The notes beneath the pieces were generated by a model, which saw only the letters and a list, made by a program, of their open reading frames with translations, was not told the origin of the DNA and ran no database searches. Of a stretch of 64,000 nucleotides of DNA, positions 18,663 through 28,853 are shown piece by piece. This DNA is from a virus, in the IMG/VR virus record IMGVR_UViG_3300027659_000014, positions 1 through 64,000 of that record, one strand, 5' to 3'. Both the position numbers and the translations under genes were made by a program. Each line of letters begins with the position of its first letter. Positions within the stretch are counted from its first letter, which is position 1.

Positions 18663-18784
18663 AATTTATTTTATTTATATATTTTTAATATAATTATTTT
18701 TTATTGTAATGTCAACTCCATTACAATATGTTTACTACTAAATCCTGATTTATACGTATTAACCCACATATACTTGATTTTTTT

Positions 18785-19033
18785 TTAATCGTTTAAATCT
18801 AAACTATAACCATTAAGTATTTCTCTTATTTCGTCACGTATTTTTTGTACAATATCCACCTCTTCTTCACTTGATTCTTTTGATTTATCAAGTAAACTTG
18901 TACCATATTTTGTGGTTCCTCGAAGTAATTGATCTAAATCCCACATAGCTATTTTCCATTTATATCCATCTAATGCGGTTCTTGCATCATTTTTTTCTTC
19001 TTCAGAGTCAAACTCTAATATTATTTTTCCCAT
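18785..19033 (-). CDS. Hypothetical protein
   Basis: 82-aa ORF (ALDGYKWKIAMWDLDQLLR). Confidence 0.65.
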   Translation of the reverse strand: MGKIILEFDSEEEKNDARTALDGYKWKIAMWDLDQLLRGTTKYGTSLLDKSKESSEEEVDIVQKIRDEIREILNGYSLDLND

Positions 19034-19035
19034 TT

Positions 19036-19209
19036 TTATTGTTGTTTAAAATCTAATTCTCTTTTATAAAAATAGGGACAAAACCACTTTGGTTCATCAC
19101 ATTCAAGTTTAACCATCTTGCCTCCATAGCATCCTACTTCTATTACAGTAGCTATTCCTGAAAGATTAGTCTTAACTCTATCTCCTACTTTTAATTCACT
19201 AAATGTCAT
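19036..19209 (-). CDS. 57-aa SH3/KOW-like hypothetical protein (missing from ORF track)
   Basis: MTFSELKVGDRVKTNLSGIATVIEVGCYGGKMVKLECDEPKWFCPYFYKRELDFKQQ fills the gap between co-oriented genes. Confidence 0.6.
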   Translation of the reverse strand: MTFSELKVGDRVKTNLSGIATVIEVGCYGGKMVKLECDEPKWFCPYFYKRELDFKQQ

Positions 19210-19438
19210 CATCTTCTTCCCTATATGTTAAAAATTCATTATATCTTTCTTCCATATGTTTCTTATCTCTATACTTACCACAAGCTAAGTCATCTGCTAT
19301 ATCATATCCAAAATCTATTATCTGCTCCTTCTCCATCTCTTTAGCTTTCTCAAATAATCCTTCAAAAATTACCTCCTGCTCATATGTTAGTCCTAAATTT
19401 ATATGTGTTACTAACCATTCTACTGCTGTCTGTTTCAT
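19199..19438 (-). CDS. Hypothetical protein (MKQTAVEWL family)
   Basis: MKQTAVEWL...AKEMEKEQII pattern. Confidence 0.65.
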   Translation of the reverse strand: MKQTAVEWLVTHINLGLTYEQEVIFEGLFEKAKEMEKEQIIDFGYDIADDLACGKYRDKKHMEERYNEFLTYREEDDDI

Positions 19439-19812
19439 AATCCATTTTGTATCATTGTTAATACTTCTAATTTCTGCTCATCTGTTAATCTAACAGGTAA
19501 CTCATACTCCACTTTATTATCCAACCTACATTGTTCTACCTCTTCCCATAATGACTTGACATCATAACAAATAGGTTTTCCGTCATTAGTAGTTGCTTGG
19601 TCAATTGTTCCAAGAGGGTCTCTCTCCCATAGATACCAATTAATCCAATCTGCTCCATCCTTACCATAGTACACCTCTAATAAAATGTTTATCACTGAGA
19701 TATAATTATCTGAGAAATTAATAGTGTCTATATCTAATACATACAATGCATGTTCCTTGTCTGATTGCTTCCTAAGTCTATTTAGGATTTCTGTAAATAC
19801 TTCTAGTTTCAT
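19435..19812 (-). CDS. Hypothetical protein
   Basis: 125-aa ORF. Confidence 0.6.
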   Translation of the reverse strand: MKLEVFTEILNRLRKQSDKEHALYVLDIDTINFSDNYISVINILLEVYYGKDGADWINWYLWERDPLGTIDQATTNDGKPICYDVKSLWEEVEQCRLDNKVEYELPVRLTDEQKLEVLTMIQNGL

Positions 19813-19813
19813 A

Positions 19814-20167
19814 TTATTTTTTTAGTTTCCATAACTCGTAATTACTATTTTTTGTCTTAAATTTAATATAGTCATCTTGATCCTCAACAATTTCTGTTAT
19901 TGGAGTTGTTTGCCATGTAAAAAATTGGCTAAATGGTGACATAAGTAGTGAACGACCAACATCTGGTTTATCATGTTTTGATTTAAACCTACCTTCCTCA
20001 TTAAATTCCAACCACATTACTTCTTTAGATTGGTTAGTTAATCCATCATGTTCACGAATCATTTTCCAATTGAATTCGTTTTCAATTACTCCCTGATCAA
20101 CAGCAATCTTTAAAACATTATCTTCCGTTAATGTCATTGGTATTTTAGTTTGTTTAATCTTGCTCAT
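19814..20167 (-). CDS. Hypothetical protein
   Basis: 117-aa ORF (FTWQTT..TEI...KFKTKNSNY). Confidence 0.65.
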   Translation of the reverse strand: MSKIKQTKIPMTLTEDNVLKIAVDQGVIENEFNWKMIREHDGLTNQSKEVMWLEFNEEGRFKSKHDKPDVGRSLLMSPFSQFFTWQTTPITEIVEDQDDYIKFKTKNSNYELWKLKK

Positions 20168-20465
20168 TTTTAATTATATTATATGTAAAATCACTAAATT
20201 TTAAACCCCATTGTAGTGAGATCCACATCATTTCTTTTTCAGCACTTTTTGCGTTCATTCGTAGGTTTTTTATTAGGTATTTTTTACCCCATAACTTCCA
20301 TTGATCGTTTTGTTCTGTAGTCATAGTCCATTCCTGAAACCAATTGTCTTTACGATCTTTAATGTCCTCAAAGGTTACCGTATGACCCGCAATTTCAAAC
20401 ATCTTGTTAACTAAATCAATGATTACCTGTACTTTTTTTTCTTGTTTACTTAATCTTTTATTCAT
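20154..20465 (-). CDS. Hypothetical protein
   Basis: 103-aa ORF. Confidence 0.6.
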   Translation of the reverse strand: MNKRLSKQEKKVQVIIDLVNKMFEIAGHTVTFEDIKDRKDNWFQEWTMTTEQNDQWKLWGKKYLIKNLRMNAKSAEKEMMWISLQWGLKFSDFTYNIIKNEQD

Positions 20466-20470
20466 TTTAT

Positions 20471-21082
20471 TTAATCTTGATTGTTTTCTAATTCATTTAA
20501 TTGTTTTTCTAATCTTTCGATGCTACCCCAAATAATTCTAGCGGTTGGATCTATCGATTTAATCTGTTCAACTAATTCGTTTTGTCTGCCTCTGCTGTAA
20601 AATCCAAGTTCAATATCATTAGCCAAGTTTTGGATGTGTTCTGGTGCGTGAATAGAAATACGGAGGTCATAAGATTCCCATTTAGTTTTCCAATCAACGA
20701 AAGCGATTCCCTTAGTTAATTTCCTAAGTAAATTATGTAGAGTCCAATTACGAACTCTAACAATTGATCGGTCACTACCAAATACATGTAAGAACCGTAG
20801 AAACCATCTTTGGCACCATTTTGGTTTTGCTTCATAGTCCATTGCCAACACCAGTGGATAAAGAGCTTTGTAGTAGACGCTGTCTTCTTTATAGAAAGTT
20901 ATTCCAAGATATCCCCACTTTTCTAGTTTCTTTGGAAAAAAGATATACCGTAAGTCATCCAAGTTGATGTTACGAGTGTGTATAATACCTTTTTTACGTC
21001 CTCTCCAAAATATCAGACTTTGTGCAAAAGATTTTACCTTTGTTGCTATAGACCGATTGTCTTTGTAATCAAATTTACTCAT
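20471..21082 (-). CDS. Hypothetical protein
   Basis: 203-aa ORF; TACATTTG promoter at 21101-21108. Confidence 0.65.
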   Translation of the reverse strand: MSKFDYKDNRSIATKVKSFAQSLIFWRGRKKGIIHTRNINLDDLRYIFFPKKLEKWGYLGITFYKEDSVYYKALYPLVLAMDYEAKPKWCQRWFLRFLHVFGSDRSIVRVRNWTLHNLLRKLTKGIAFVDWKTKWESYDLRISIHAPEHIQNLANDIELGFYSRGRQNELVEQIKSIDPTARIIWGSIERLEKQLNELENNQD

Positions 21083-21137
21083 AATTCTTATTTTATTTTA
21101 CAAATGTACAAAAAAATTTTTACTTTACCAAATTTAA

Positions 21138-21839
21138 TCATAACCATTTTATTTCATTTGTTATTGAATCCCATTCAATGTTAAGAGGTAAGTTAGTGTA
21201 ATTATATCTCTCATCTAATACTGAAGCATTAATAAAGTGTGTGTGTCCATTATAATAATATCCTGAACTTCCATGTATGTGTCCAAATACATGAATCTTT
21301 GGTTTGATTTCATCTACTCGATGACGTAACATTTCACAACCTAATCTTACACTTTGTCCTCCTGGAATATCTAAATGTCCAAATGGTGGTCCGTGTGTAA
21401 TCAGTATGTCCGTATCGTCAGGTATATCATCCCACTTTGCTTTCATTACTTCTCCATTTCGAGGTAAATTAAAAGCCCAATTAAAGAACTCTGGTTGCCA
21501 AGGTGACCCATAGATCTTTAAACTACGATCTTCATCCATATCATAAAGACCAAACATCTCATCTTGAAGATAAATTAGATTTGTATAATCTTTGATGGTT
21601 AATAAACTCCAAGTAGGTTCATTTTCTAAAATACGGTCGTGATTTCCTGCAATAAAAATTTTCTTATCGTATCCTTTTATTGTACTAAACCAATCAAGGA
21701 ATTCAATTACCTCTATTTTACTATATCCACCGTTCATAAAATCTCCAGCATGTATTAGTATATCACCACCTGGTAAATCATTTTCACAATACCGGTGTTT
21801 GGTATGTGTATCACTAATAAATGTTATTGTTTTTTTCAT
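21138..21839 (-). CDS. Metallophosphoesterase (calcineurin-like, MPPED-type)
   Basis: SDTH, HAGD, AGNHD, LITHGPP, VFGHIH motifs. Confidence 0.9.
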   Translation of the reverse strand: MKKTITFISDTHTKHRYCENDLPGGDILIHAGDFMNGGYSKIEVIEFLDWFSTIKGYDKKIFIAGNHDRILENEPTWSLLTIKDYTNLIYLQDEMFGLYDMDEDRSLKIYGSPWQPEFFNWAFNLPRNGEVMKAKWDDIPDDTDILITHGPPFGHLDIPGGQSVRLGCEMLRHRVDEIKPKIHVFGHIHGSSGYYYNGHTHFINASVLDERYNYTNLPLNIEWDSITNEIKWL

Positions 21840-21908
21840 GTTACAAATATAAGAAAAATAATTTAAAATTTAAAATAAAAGTACAAGAGTTTTTAACGGA
21901 TTATTTTA

Positions 21909-22289
21909 TTATTTAATTATTTCTTTTTTTCCTATGATGGAACCTTGTAACACTACCTTATCTATTCTTGAATCAATGTATGATTTTGTTTGATCAATTT
22001 CTCTATGAATTTCATTTTCTATCTTGTGATGAAAATCATCCACATTTCTAACTTGATTCATTATTGTTTGTTCAACCATATTAATATCACGATGGGTAGA
22101 TTCAAGTAATTGTTCAGTATGTCTTCTTTCGTGATCAATTGATTGATATACTTCGTCAATCATTTTTTTAATTGTTATTGTTTGTTTTTCTAATTTGTTT
22201 ATCTTAACCATACCTAAAACTAAAGCAATTAATAATAATATTGCTGCAATCGTAAGCATACCTAAAACATATGATGTTATTTCTACCAT
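21909..22289 (-). CDS. Membrane-anchored coiled-coil protein
   Basis: N-terminal TM followed by coiled coil. Confidence 0.6.
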   Translation of the reverse strand: MVEITSYVLGMLTIAAILLLIALVLGMVKINKLEKQTITIKKMIDEVYQSIDHERRHTEQLLESTHRDINMVEQTIMNQVRNVDDFHHKIENEIHREIDQTKSYIDSRIDKVVLQGSIIGKKEIIK

Positions 22290-22371
22290 GTTTTTTAAAT
22301 TTTATTTATTTTTATGTCAAAGAACTCTTGTACTGTATCTATGTAGAATTTTAAATCTACATAGATTTTAA

Positions 22372-22680
22372 TTATTTAATTATTTCTAATTCTATTCTAT
22401 ATTTTTTAATCTTTTCTCTAGTTTTTTGGTACTCATCTTGATCAGTAGCCTTGTGACCATTTAGAACTGCTCTTGTTATTATTAATTCATTTTTTAAAAT
22501 AAAAGATAGTTTTTCTTGATTGGTTAATTCATAAGGGACAACTTCCGTCCTAATGAACTCTCTAATCATTCCTCTAATATTATCAATGTGATCTTTTGGA
22601 TTTTGTTTTGCCCCGTGTACCATAACAGATGTTTGGTATATTGTTCTACTTAAATCTAATATTTTTTTATCAAAACCCAT
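22372..22680 (-). CDS. Hypothetical protein
   Basis: 102-aa ORF. Confidence 0.55.
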   Translation of the reverse strand: MGFDKKILDLSRTIYQTSVMVHGAKQNPKDHIDNIRGMIREFIRTEVVPYELTNQEKLSFILKNELIITRAVLNGHKATDQDEYQKTREKIKKYRIELEIIK

Positions 22681-22693
22681 TTAATTTTTTTGT

Positions 22694-22906
22694 TTAAAGG
22701 ATTTCTTTTCTTTTTTTGTTTAAATAAACCTCAAGTGGATTAATAATATTATATTGATATTCTCTCAAATACTCCACAATATTTTTGTTTTTTAATTGAT
22801 TATCAAAATTATTAATTAATTTATTTGCCGTAATTATTTGTTCTTGAGTTTTACAAGAATTAATAACTTTTTTAATCCATGTCTCTATTTCTGTGTAATT
22901 TTTCAT
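22694..22906 (-). CDS. Hypothetical protein
   Basis: 70-aa ORF (WIKKVINSCKT.EQ). Confidence 0.55.
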   Translation of the reverse strand: MKNYTEIETWIKKVINSCKTQEQIITANKLINNFDNQLKNKNIVEYLREYQYNIINPLEVYLNKKRKEIL

Positions 22907-22911
22907 TTTTT

Positions 22912-23139
22912 TTATTGATTATCAATTAATACATAAGGGGGATTAATTCTTACCTCAGACCCATCACTATTAAAGTAATACGCCGTATCCCCATCAAAAC
23001 TAATGGTATCTGTATACCAAATAGCAGGATGAGGACCTTTATTGGTAATAACATCACCTTTTATTTTATATCTATATTTGTTTTGGTTACACGAGAATAT
23101 TATAAGTCCGAGTAAAACAATAAGAATTAATTTTTTCAT
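22912..23139 (-). CDS. Putative lipoprotein
   Basis: MKKLILIVLLGLIIFSC lipobox; TATATTTG promoter at 23162-23169. Confidence 0.65.
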   Translation of the reverse strand: MKKLILIVLLGLIIFSCNQNKYRYKIKGDVITNKGPHPAIWYTDTISFDGDTAYYFNSDGSEVRINPPYVLIDNQ

Positions 23140-23219
23140 AATTTAGTTAATATGTATAAAACAAATATAATTATTTTTTTTTAATAAATCAAATTTTTAG
23201 TAAAATTTCTTTTACCATT

Positions 23220-23519
23220 TTATATATTATCAAATTTAAGTTCAGATCCATCAAGTGATACATCACATATACCCCCATTTTCAAAAATTAAGTCTATTCT
23301 TGATTCGGGTATATTAACTTTATCTGGTCCACTAACAATTTTATAACTTTGTGTTAATGTTAATCTTGGATTTTTAATTAACGATAAAACAGTTTCGTTT
23401 TCGCAATTCATTTTTGATGGGTATTGACCTCCAACAGTTACAATAACTTCATCACCAATTTGTATTTCTTCATTAGAAACCAAGTAAGGTTTTTTTTCAA
23501 TTAATATTATTTTATTCAT
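23220..23519 (-). CDS. Hypothetical protein
   Basis: 99-aa ORF. Confidence 0.55.
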   Translation of the reverse strand: MNKIILIEKKPYLVSNEEIQIGDEVIVTVGGQYPSKMNCENETVLSLIKNPRLTLTQSYKIVSGPDKVNIPESRIDLIFENGGICDVSLDGSELKFDNI

Positions 23520-23558
23520 TGTTTTTATTTATTTTTTAATAAATTATTTTATATCATG

Positions 23559-23586
23559 AACCCCCACGGATTAGGTGAGGGTTTTA
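23559..23586 (-). terminator. Probable terminator after dnaK
   Basis: Imperfect hairpin aaccc(c)cac...gtg(a)gggtt. Confidence 0.5.
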
Positions 23587-23601
23587 TATTTAACTTAAAA
23601 A

Positions 23602-25458
23602 TTAGATTACCTCTTCAAACTCAACATCAGATGGTTTACTATTTTCTTCTTCTGTTGTTGTTTGTTCGTACAATAATTGACTAATATTTTGAAATTTAGT
23701 ATTAAGATCATTGATATCATTTTCAATCTTCTCAATATCTTTTTTACCGTAAGATTCTTTTAAACTTTCAAGTGCCGTATTAAGTTCGATTTTTTGATCT
23801 TCGGTTAATTTTTCATCTAAATCTTTGATTGATTTTTCAGTTTGAAAAATTGTACCGTCGGCTCTATTTATAACTTCAGCATCTTCTCTTAGTTTTTTGT
23901 CTTGTTCAACATTTAACTCAGCTTCTTGTTTCATTTTCGCAATCTCTTCTTTTGATAACCCAGAAGATGCCTCAATACGAATTGTTTGTTGTTTGTTTGT
24001 TCCTTTATCTATCGCTGACACATTGATAATTCCATTTGCGTCAATATCAAACGTAACTTCAATTTGTGGAACACCTCTCATTGCCGGTGGAAGACCATCT
24101 AAGTTGAATTTACCAATAGTTTTATTATCGGTTGACATTGCTCTTTCTCCCTGAAGTACGTGGATCTCAACTGTTGGTTGATTATCCACTGCCGTTGAGA
24201 ACACCTGAGATTTTTTAGTCGGGATTGTGGTATTAGACTCAATCAATTTAGTCATAACTCCACCCATAGTTTCAATACCTAAAGATAATGGTGTTACATC
24301 TAATAATAAGACATCTTTAACATCACCAGCTAACACACCTCCTTGGATTGCAGCACCTAACGCAACTACCTCATCAGGGTTAACACCTTTAGAAGGTTCC
24401 TTACCAAAGAATTGTTTAACCGCATCTTGTATTGCTGGAATTCTTGTTGTACCACCAACCAAGATAATTTCATCAACATCAGAAACCTTCATCTTAGCAT
24501 TTTTTAATGCCTTCTTACAAGGTTCAATTGTTCTTTTAACCAAAGAATCAACTAACTGTTCAAATTTAGATTTTGATAATGTTCTTACCAAATGTTTTGG
24601 TAGACCATCCACAGGCATAATATAAGGTAAATTGATCTCACTTGATGAGGTTGAAGATAATTCAACTTTTGCCTTCTCAGCCGCCTCACGTAATCTTTGT
24701 AATGCCATTGGATCCTGAGTTAAATCAAGACCGTTCTCTTCTTTGAATTCACTTACTAACCAATCGATGATTGTTTGATCAAAGTCATCACCACCTAAAT
24801 GAGTATCACCATCAGTTGATAATACTTCAAACACTCCGTCACCTAATTCAAGAATGGACACATCGTGAGTACCACCACCACAGTCAAAAACCACAACTAC
24901 CATATCTTTAGACATTTTATCTAAACCATAAGCTAATGCCGCCGCGGTAGGTTCGTTAATAATACGTTTTACTTCTAAACCCGCAATTTCACCTGCCTCT
25001 TTAGTTGCTTGTCGTTGAGCATCGTTAAAATATGCCGGTACGGTAATAACCGCCTGAGTTACCGTTTCACCCAAATAATCCTCAGCAGTTTGTTTCATCT
25101 TTTGAAGTACCATTGCCGATATTTCTTGTGGTGAATATTGTCGTTTATCTATTTCAACTCTTGGAGATCCTCCATCACCTTTAACAATCTTATACGGTAC
25201 TTTTTTAATCTCTTTTTTAGATTCATCAAAACTTGTCCCCATAAAACGTTTAATTGAACTAATAGTTTTATCCGGATTGGTTACAGCTTGTCGTTTAGCC
25301 GGATCTCCAATTTTTCTTTCACCATCTGTAATAAATCCAATGACGGATGGTGTTGTTCGTTTACCTTCACTATTTGTTATAACTACAGGTTCGTTTCCTT
25401 CCATAACGGCAACACACGAATTTGTTGTTCCTAAATCAATTCCAATAATTTTTCCCAT
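23602..25458 (-). CDS. dnaK: Hsp70 chaperone DnaK
   Basis: [58 protein letters not shown]. Confidence 0.97.
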   Translation of the reverse strand: MGKIIGIDLGTTNSCVAVMEGNEPVVITNSEGKRTTPSVIGFITDGERKIGDPAKRQAVTNPDKTISSIKRFMGTSFDESKKEIKKVPYKIVKGDGGSPRVEIDKRQYSPQEISAMVLQKMKQTAEDYLGETVTQAVITVPAYFNDAQRQATKEAGEIAGLEVKRIINEPTAAALAYGLDKMSKDMVVVVFDCGGGTHDVSILELGDGVFEVLSTDGDTHLGGDDFDQTIIDWLVSEFKEENGLDLTQDPMALQRLREAAEKAKVELSSTSSSEINLPYIMPVDGLPKHLVRTLSKSKFEQLVDSLVKRTIEPCKKALKNAKMKVSDVDEIILVGGTTRIPAIQDAVKQFFGKEPSKGVNPDEVVALGAAIQGGVLAGDVKDVLLLDVTPLSLGIETMGGVMTKLIESNTTIPTKKSQVFSTAVDNQPTVEIHVLQGERAMSTDNKTIGKFNLDGLPPAMRGVPQIEVTFDIDANGIINVSAIDKGTNKQQTIRIEASSGLSKEEIAKMKQEAELNVEQDKKLREDAEVINRADGTIFQTEKSIKDLDEKLTEDQKIELNTALESLKESYGKKDIEKIENDINDLNTKFQNISQLLYEQTTTEEENSKPSDVEFEEVI

Positions 25459-25556
25459 TTTTAATTTTTATTTTTATTTTTATTTATTATGACTTTAAAG
25501 TCGTACTATTTTTTACAAAAAACATTCCATTCATAAAATACTGACATTTTGTCAGT

Positions 25557-25877
25557 TTACCAACTATCAACATCTGTCAAATCTAATTCTATGTCAGCCA
25601 ACTCACTAAATACTGTGACAATTTTTCCAATACCATCACTTGAGAATCTGTATTCGTAGTTTCCATAACTCCCATATATTGCCTTTATGTGACTCTGCCA
25701 TTCCTCCAACTTTTTAACTTGATCTTCATCAAGAGTAAAAGTTTTAGTTTTACCTTTTTTTGGTGGAGGTAGTAACATTTCACGATCTTTAGGTGGGGGT
25801 GGTGACATCTCATGATCATTTGGTTCACTGTTTATTCTCAAATACATTTTTTTTATGCGTTCTTGATTCTCATCCAT
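25557..25877 (-). CDS. Hypothetical protein
   Basis: 106-aa ORF ending ELDLTDVDSW. Confidence 0.6.
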   Translation of the reverse strand: MDENQERIKKMYLRINSEPNDHEMSPPPPKDREMLLPPPKKGKTKTFTLDEDQVKKLEEWQSHIKAIYGSYGNYEYRFSSDGIGKIVTVFSELADIELDLTDVDSW

Positions 25878-25883
25878 ACCCTA

Positions 25884-26087
25884 TTATTTTTCAATGATCA
25901 TATTTGTATTAGCAATTGGAGCTCTAAATACTGGAATTTTTTTACCATCAAAATCTTCAACATAAACTTCATAATGTTGGTCCATTACTTTTACTGTTGG
26001 GACGTTGTGTTGGAAGTAAATTATATCTCCTTGTGAATTAATCAAAATTACTTCTTTTTTTGTTGTGTTAAATGTTAATGTTTGCAT
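25884..26087 (-). CDS. Hypothetical protein
   Basis: 67-aa ORF. Confidence 0.55.
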   Translation of the reverse strand: MQTLTFNTTKKEVILINSQGDIIYFQHNVPTVKVMDQHYEVYVEDFDGKKIPVFRAPIANTNMIIEK

Positions 26088-26167
26088 ATTTTTTATTTTT
26101 TTAAAAAAATAATAAAAAAAAATAAAATTGTCAAGTTAATGTGAGTCACTTTTTATTTTCTATTGTT

Positions 26168-26389
26168 TTATCTTAACACGTATCTATGAATTACTACCAC
26201 CAATTTTCCATTAAATAATGCTCGGTCTGTTTGAATGTCAATATCCATCATACCCAAGTCTTCCTTGAGTCTATTAGCTTGGACCCCAACTTCGTGTTCC
26301 GCATCTTTTTCATTTTTGAAGAATCCAAAGTAGGAATCACATTTCCCTGTTTTATCACACACTCCGTAAATCATTTCTCTTTGATCCAT
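26168..26389 (-). CDS. Hypothetical protein
   Basis: 73-aa ORF. Confidence 0.55.
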   Translation of the reverse strand: MDQREMIYGVCDKTGKCDSYFGFFKNEKDAEHEVGVQANRLKEDLGMMDIDIQTDRALFNGKLVVVIHRYVLR

Positions 26390-26546
26390 AACATTCTAAT
26401 TTTATATTTTTAACATTCCACAAATCTTTAACCCCTTCGGTCATATGACAATTATGTTTCTTACCAGTCCTACGACCAAATTCAACAATCATATCATTAT
26501 GACGATTCTTAATAAAGTGCGGACATTCTTTGCATGGAGTTTCCAT
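26355..26546 (-). CDS. Small Cys/His-rich protein
   Basis: PCKECP...HNCHM...ECYG; TATCTTTG promoter at 26551-26558. Confidence 0.6.
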   Translation of the reverse strand: METPCKECPHFIKNRHNDMIVEFGRRTGKKHNCHMTEGVKDLWNVKNIKLECYGSKRNDLRSV

Positions 26547-26593
26547 AAAACAAAGATAGTTATTTTTTTTTAAATAAACAACTATTTATTGGT

Positions 26594-27154
26594 ATGAAAA
26601 TTATTTTAACTGAATCTCAATATTCAACATTATTAAATGAGGTAGTTGATTTTAATTCACTATATAAATCTTTATACCCAAAAATGTATCGACAAGTTTG
26701 TTTGAAATATGCAAATGGAGATGAAGAAAAAGCAAATGATTTTTGTCAATTAGGGTTCATTAAAGTATATCAAAAAATTAGTATGTACAATGAGTCAGGA
26801 CCTATTGAGGCTTGGGTAAAACGTGTAATCACAAATACAGTAATTGATGAATGGAAAAAAGAAAAAAGAAGTCCATACAAAAACCCCATTGACTTTGAAC
26901 GAGCAAATTTAGAAGTAATTGACGACACCCCAGAAGAAAGTTTATATTCATCAAAAGAGATTAAAGATGCCGTTGAAACTTTATATCCTTCACAAAAAAA
27001 AGTATTTGAGATGTTCTTTTTTGAAAATATGAAACATCAAGAAATTGCCGAAGAATTAGGGATTAGTGAAAGCACATCAAAAACTAATTTATTTAAAGCA
27101 AAGGCAAAAGTAAAACAATACCTAATTAATTTAAACAAAAAAAGGGAAGACTAA
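26594..27154 (+). CDS. ECF-type sigma-70 factor with N-terminal leader
   Basis: Region 2 (DFCQLGFIKVY...EAWVKRVITNTVIDEWKK) and region 4 (HQEIAEELGISESTSKTNLFKAK); leader MKIILTESQYSTLLNE. Confidence 0.9.
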   Translation: MKIILTESQYSTLLNEVVDFNSLYKSLYPKMYRQVCLKYANGDEEKANDFCQLGFIKVYQKISMYNESGPIEAWVKRVITNTVIDEWKKEKRSPYKNPIDFERANLEVIDDTPEESLYSSKEIKDAVETLYPSQKKVFEMFFFENMKHQEIAEELGISESTSKTNLFKAKAKVKQYLINLNKKRED

Positions 27155-27166
27155 TCTTCCCCTTTA
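27141..27166. terminator. Bidirectional terminator
   Basis: gggaaga-ctaa-tcttccc flanked by A and T runs, between convergent genes. Confidence 0.7.
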
Positions 27167-27221
27167 AAGGTCGACAACGAATTGTCCGACTCCACCAACT
27201 TGTTTTACTAAACAAGGAAAA

Positions 27222-27701
27222 TTAACAAAAGTCTATTGAATCAGATATTCTTAACCCATCTACATAACGTTCAGGTTTACTCCAAGAATTTCTACTTTCA
27301 GGATATTCCAAATAATATGATTCCGAATCAAAACCATCTTCCTGTCCCCACGAAAAAGACATTTCAATAAATTCATCCTGGCTCAATTCATCCCCATATT
27401 CATCTAAGATACGACCTGATTTAATAAATTCAAGTAATGATTCTTTATCTTTAAAGAACTTATCTTCATTGAAATTCCAAAGAAACTTCCACCCCATACT
27501 ACGTTTACCCAAATGAACTTTTACATTATCAGTAAACTCATCCCAAGGTGACAAATTTTGAAATTGATCAGTACCATCTATTCTAAAATTGTTATTAACT
27601 GATTCCACATTTAATTCCATTTGTCTAATTCTAGACATAAGACGATTTTTCCTTGTCTCCAATTCATTTAAAGTTGGAGATCTATAATAATTTGTTCCCA
27701 T
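27222..27701 (-). CDS. Hypothetical protein
   Basis: MGTNYY...HLGKRSMGWKFLWN...ILDEYG pattern. Confidence 0.65.
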   Translation of the reverse strand: MGTNYYRSPTLNELETRKNRLMSRIRQMELNVESVNNNFRIDGTDQFQNLSPWDEFTDNVKVHLGKRSMGWKFLWNFNEDKFFKDKESLLEFIKSGRILDEYGDELSQDEFIEMSFSWGQEDGFDSESYYLEYPESRNSWSKPERYVDGLRISDSIDFC

Positions 27702-27703
27702 GT

Positions 27704-28153
27704 TTATATTTTTTCCATCCAAAGGTAGTAGTTTGGGGGATTAACCACACCTATTGAAATATCCGTAAACTTACCCCCAATTATAACTCCCATTTCTAAA
27801 TTAACTTTATTCACATTACCAGTTAAGTAACCAAATATTGTATAATTCAATGTTAAGGAATAAACAGTACCCACAGAATAAAAACCATAATTTTGGGGAC
27901 TCATTGAGTTATATGTGTATTTATTTTTTGTAATAAATTTAATTGTATCAACCGGCATCATATCCATTGGTAAACCCATCTCACCAATTCTATATTGTTT
28001 AATAACCCAAGTTTGTCCAACCAAAGAGTATGTACTATCTTGTGTTGTTGGATTTGGGGTTACATATGGTTGATATTCACCAGGTTCAATAACTTGTTTC
28101 TCACAAGATAATAACCCAACTAATACTAATGTTAAAAAAATTATTTTTTTCAT
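27704..28153 (-). CDS. Putative lipoprotein (lipocalin-like)
   Basis: LLSC lipobox; LVGQTWVI motif. Confidence 0.65.
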   Translation of the reverse strand: MKKIIFLTLVLVGLLSCEKQVIEPGEYQPYVTPNPTTQDSTYSLVGQTWVIKQYRIGEMGLPMDMMPVDTIKFITKNKYTYNSMSPQNYGFYSVGTVYSLTLNYTIFGYLTGNVNKVNLEMGVIIGGKFTDISIGVVNPPNYYLWMEKI

Positions 28154-28156
28154 ATC

Positions 28157-28441
28157 TTATTTTGTTACTAATGATTCAATTTTACTTTTAACTTGATCAC
28201 TTATAGAAATATCTTCCACATTACTAATAATTACTGAATTAATTAAAATTTTATTTGGTATATGTACTAAGAATGCGTCTCCATTGTAAAAACTCAAATT
28301 ATTTCCCAATTCAATTGACCCATGAATCATTTTTAAAAATATTTTATATTGAATCTGATCCATAAATGTCTCATCAATTAACACACCCATACTTTCATTA
28401 ATAACTTTTAGTGTGTATCCCGTAATTGTTTGTTTTAACAT
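28157..28441 (-). CDS. Hypothetical protein
   Basis: 94-aa ORF. Confidence 0.55.
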   Translation of the reverse strand: MLKQTITGYTLKVINESMGVLIDETFMDQIQYKIFLKMIHGSIELGNNLSFYNGDAFLVHIPNKILINSVIISNVEDISISDQVKSKIESLVTK

Positions 28442-28470
28442 AATCTATAATTTTTTATAAAGATAATACA

Positions 28471-28803
28471 TTATTTTATAATAACAAATTTTTTACCAAC
28501 TTTTTTTAGTGTACCAACAAAATCATTTTTATGGTCAATACCACCCCAAAAACCACTTCCGTCCGACCAAACTCCTTTTTTATTATTTTTATATACTGAT
28601 TCATCCTCAAAAATAATGTAATCAGGTTGATCATGTTTAGGTAAAGCATATGCTCTTGTCATTTCTCTATGCTCAGATGGTGAGTAATTACCCAACCAAT
28701 CTTGTCGACATAAAAATGTTGCCTGTCCAACAATAACTTCTTGTCCATCAAGAATAACTTTTTTGTTGAATTTTTTTTTAAATGTGTGAATGTAAGTTCC
28801 CAT
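28471..28803 (-). CDS. Hypothetical protein
   Basis: 110-aa ORF. Confidence 0.55.
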   Translation of the reverse strand: MGTYIHTFKKKFNKKVILDGQEVIVGQATFLCRQDWLGNYSPSEHREMTRAYALPKHDQPDYIIFEDESVYKNNKKGVWSDGSGFWGGIDHKNDFVGTLKKVGKKFVIIK

Positions 28804-28853
28804 TTTTTAAATTTTAGACGTTTGAATTAAAATAACTAATATTAATAAATTTA

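Noticed and set aside
23897-25492. Plus-strand ORFs overlapping dnaK, and similar antisense ORFs elsewhere (e.g. 313-658, 39378-41372, 62170-62469)
   Set aside because: They are shadow frames of well-supported genes on the opposite strand.
27153-27220. tRNA gene
   Set aside because: No cloverleaf or TTC T-arm could be built here or at 51677-51805. I found no tRNA in the window by eye.
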